DNA of 37,674 nt, from assembly GCA_041690595.1 (NCBI GenBank), contig JAWLHB010000062.1, positions 1 through 37,674 of the forward strand, read 5' to 3'. This stretch comes from Lentisphaeria bacterium (GTDB lineage Bacteria; Verrucomicrobiota; Lentisphaeria; JABSQK01; JAWLHB01). Below are positions 35,083 to 37,674 of the stretch, piece by piece. Each line of letters starts with the position of its first letter. Position 1 is the stretch's first letter. The notes under the pieces are model-generated. The model made no database searches. It was not told the DNA's origin and worked only from the letters and a program-made list of their open reading frames with translations. A program made the translations under genes and the position numbers.

Positions 35083-35849
35083 TCGCTGGATCCGAATTGT
35101 TGACGACACTCGGCGAGCGTGAGCGGGGTGATGCGATTGCAGCCCTCCGCGTCAGCGCGCTCCGCCTCGGTTGTGTATCCCCACGTGCAATAGAGGAGTT
35201 GGACGTTGTTCAGTGCCGCATCGTCGGCTGTGGCTTGCAGCGTGGGCAGGCGGTCTTCGAAAAAGTAGAAGTTCTGGGTGTGCAGCTGTGGGTGCTTGAC
35301 GAGCTTCTTGAGGATGAGCAGCTTCTTGCCGGCTTCGAGGCCAAAGACGAGCTTGGGCGGCACGTTGAGTCCGGCCATGGTGGCCAGAGCCCTGGCATAG
35401 CGCTGTTGCTTGGTGGTGATGATGCAGACGGTCTGCTTGCGGGCAATCAGGTCGTTGATCGTGGCGGGCATGCCGTCATAGAAGCGATGCAAGCCGAGCC
35501 AGGCGCGGGAATTTTCCTGGAGCTGGCGGTCGCGGGTGGCGGCGAAGGTCTCGATGAGTGCTTCCTGCTTGATGTCCAGCACCTCCATGAGCATCTTGGC
35601 CATGGCTTCGAAGTTGCCGAGGATCTGCGCTTCGGGCATGGCTTCGTGGATCATGCGGGTGAGGAGGATGCTTTGGTAGCCGACTTCGATGACAGGCCGG
35701 TAGCGACAGAACTTCTCGATGAAGCCTTCGGTGGCTTCCCCGGTGCAGAGGTTCGGCCACATGTCGGCGGCGGCCAACCAGGCTGAGTATGCCAGCTCCC
35801 GAGCGCTATCGCAGATGACGCCGTCGAAGTCGAAGCAGTAGACACTCAT
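35079..35849 (-). CDS. HAD-superfamily hydrolase
   Basis: Motif I FDFDGVICDS, motif II IITTK and motif IV FEDR. Confidence 0.85.
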   Translation of the reverse strand: MSVYCFDFDGVICDSARELAYSAWLAAADMWPNLCTGEATEGFIEKFCRYRPVIEVGYQSILLTRMIHEAMPEAQILGNFEAMAKMLMEVLDIKQEALIETFAATRDRQLQENSRAWLGLHRFYDGMPATINDLIARKQTVCIITTKQQRYARALATMAGLNVPPKLVFGLEAGKKLLILKKLVKHPQLHTQNFYFFEDRLPTLQATADDAALNNVQLLYCTWGYTTEAERADAEGCNRITPLTLAECRQQFGSSE

Positions 35850-35861
35850 GATCGGCCCCTT

Positions 35862-37274
35862 TTAGTCTATCGCCCGATGGACGCGCGCGCCCTTGGGCGT
35901 GTCTTCAATCACCCAACCCTGGCTCTTGAGTTCATCGCGAATGGAGTCGGCGGCGGCAAAGTCGCGTGCCTTGCGTGCAGCCTGGCGCGCCTCGACCCGG
36001 TCCAGAATCGCCTGAGGGACGACTTCTTCGACATCGACATCGAAGACGCCGAGGATGGTATCGAGCCTGCGGCAGCAGTCGAGGAGAATGGTAGCGGCAT
36101 CGCCGGCAATCCTGCCCTCGTCGAGCGCCTTGTTGGTGTCGCGCATGAAATCGAAGAAGACAGCGAGGGCTTCAGGGGTGTTGAGGTCGTCTGAGATCTT
36201 CTGTTCGAACTGCTCGCGGCAGGCGCCATCGAGGGCGGTGGCGACGTCAATGCCGACAGTCGGTTCAGTGGCGGCTTCCTTCAGGCGGCGGGTGAACTCG
36301 TCAATGCGGCGGAGAACGGTACGTCCGGCATCGAGTCCATCGAAGGTGAAGTTGAGCTTCTGGCGGTAGTGGGCGCTCATCAGGAGCCAGCGAATCTCGC
36401 GGCCGTTGTACCCTTTCTCAAGCAGGTCGCGAATGGTGAAGAAGTTGCCGGCGGATTTCGACATCTTCTGGCCGTTGACGATGAGATGGGCGTTGTGCAG
36501 CCAGTAGTTGACGAAGCATTCGCCGGTGGCGCACTCGCTCTGGGCGATCTCGTCCTCGTGATGGGGGAACATGTTGTCGACGCCGCCGGTATGGATGTCG
36601 AAGTGCTCGCCGAGGTAGGTCATGCTCATGGCGGAGCACTCGATGTGCCAGCCGGGGCGCCCTTTGCCCCAGGGGCTCTCCCACGCCACGTTACCGTCAG
36701 CGGGGGTCCACTTTTTCCAGAGAGCGAAATCGGCGACGGCTTCCTTTCCGTACTCGTCGGTATTGACGCGGGTGCCGCTGCGCTGGCCCTCCTTGTCGAT
36801 CCTGGCGAGCTTGCCATAGTCGGAGTACTTGTCGATGGAGAAGTAGACACAGCCGTCTTCGCCGAGGTAGCCATAGCCCTTGTCGATGAGCTGCTGGATG
36901 AGCAGGATCATCTGGGGGATGTGATCGGTGGCGGCGGGATAGACTTCGGCGGGCTCGATGCGGAGCGCGGCGAGATCTTCGAAGAAGGCGTCCTTATACT
37001 TCTTGGTAAAGTCGTTCAGCTCCATGCCGGCGGCCTGGGAGTCGCGGATGGTCTTGTCGTCCACGTCGGTCAGATTCATGATCTGGGTGACGGCATAGCC
37101 GCAGAAGGTGAGGGTGCGGCGGAGGATATCTTCGAATACGTAGGCTCGGAAGTTGCCAATGTGAGCATAGTTGTAAACTGTCGGGCCGCACGTGTAGAGG
37201 CCGGCCTTGCCTGCGATCAGTGGCGTGAACTCTTCAAGCCGGCGCGTCATTGTGTTGAACAGTTTCAGCCCCAT
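35862..37274 (-). CDS. cysS: Cysteine--tRNA ligase
   Basis: CGPTVY, HIGN, TDVDDK, DFALWK, GRPGWHIECSAM, FPHHE, KMSKS and the anticodon-binding tail. Confidence 0.98.
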   Translation of the reverse strand: MGLKLFNTMTRRLEEFTPLIAGKAGLYTCGPTVYNYAHIGNFRAYVFEDILRRTLTFCGYAVTQIMNLTDVDDKTIRDSQAAGMELNDFTKKYKDAFFEDLAALRIEPAEVYPAATDHIPQMILLIQQLIDKGYGYLGEDGCVYFSIDKYSDYGKLARIDKEGQRSGTRVNTDEYGKEAVADFALWKKWTPADGNVAWESPWGKGRPGWHIECSAMSMTYLGEHFDIHTGGVDNMFPHHEDEIAQSECATGECFVNYWLHNAHLIVNGQKMSKSAGNFFTIRDLLEKGYNGREIRWLLMSAHYRQKLNFTFDGLDAGRTVLRRIDEFTRRLKEAATEPTVGIDVATALDGACREQFEQKISDDLNTPEALAVFFDFMRDTNKALDEGRIAGDAATILLDCCRRLDTILGVFDVDVEEVVPQAILDRVEARQAARKARDFAAADSIRDELKSQGWVIEDTPKGARVHRAID

Positions 37275-37335
37275 TGTCCCTTTTCCTATGGTTTCGGTAG
37301 CAGGCGGATGCCCTGGCAGTCTTCGGAAGTGAGCT

Positions 37336-37365
37336 AAAGTATGCCAGTGAATGAGCTTTTTTCAA
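37336..37365 (-). promoter_or_regulatory. Possible cysS promoter
   Basis: On the minus strand: TTGAAA, 18-nt spacer, TACTTT (or 16-nt spacer, CATACT). Confidence 0.35.
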
Positions 37366-37484
37366 GGTATGAGTCTCTCTCGCCGGGCGTCTTTCAGCCT
37401 GATCACGAGGAGTTTGTCGTGACGACGATGGTTTTGGCAAGGGGTGATGGCGGAGGTGGTGGCGGGGAGTGTGGTGCAGAAAAT

Positions 37485-37576
37485 GTCAGACGGGGTCGGG
37501 GGGGCGGACGGGGTCGGACGGATCAGGCGGATCGGACGGATCAGGACGGATCAGGGGGATCGGGCGGGTCGGACTT
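37485..37576. repeat. Degenerate G-rich tandem repeat, about 10 copies of a 9-10 bp unit (RTCRGACGG)
   Basis: Units include gtcagacgg, gtcggacgg, atcaggcgg, atcggacgg, atcaggacgg, atcaggggg, atcgggcgg and gtcggact. Confidence 0.8.
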
Positions 37577-37674
37577 GGCGTGTTAAGAATGGCATCAGAG
37601 GCGCCATAATAGATCACACGATTTCTTTTCAGTTTCGGCTTGAATATGAAAATATAGGCGTAATCTTAGCTATG

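Noticed and set aside
37485..37576. CRISPR array
   Set aside because: Units are 9-10 bp with no unique spacers, and no cas genes are present.
37341..37586. 81-aa Gly-rich ORF
   Set aside because: It is a translation of the G-rich repeat and overlaps the probable cysS promoter.

Overview
High-GC bacterial chromosomal window, most likely from a PVC-superphylum organism (Lentisphaerae-like). This assignment is inferred from three Gly-less 'FTLxELL' prepilin/H-X9-DG proteins, three DUF4838-type proteins and GntR-LacI hybrid regulators. From left to right: a PhnB-like VOC gene with an odd 5' end; an orphan prepilin-type gene; a glyoxalase + Mre11/SbcD-like nuclease + membrane-anchored Rad50/YhaN-like ATPase operon; a convergent acyltransferase-3 gene; a complete livKHMGF ABC transporter; two tandem glycan-utilisation-like loci built on one plan (GntR/LacI regulator with a palindromic operator over its promoter, a prepilin/H-X9-DG protein and secreted DUF4838 proteins with different sugar-binding modules, with no TonB receptor or sugar transporter); a proline-iminopeptidase-like hydrolase; a cytoplasmic GH29 fucosidase with two (alpha/alpha)6 hydrolase paralogs; and housekeeping genes (TPR protein, rlmD-like, HAD, cysS), ending in a G-rich 9-10 bp tandem repeat. 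No rRNA, tRNA, CRISPR array or intact mobile element was recognised. The best candidate for an undescribed system is the repeated regulator-pilin-DUF4838 module. All family calls come from motif recognition by eye, not database searches.
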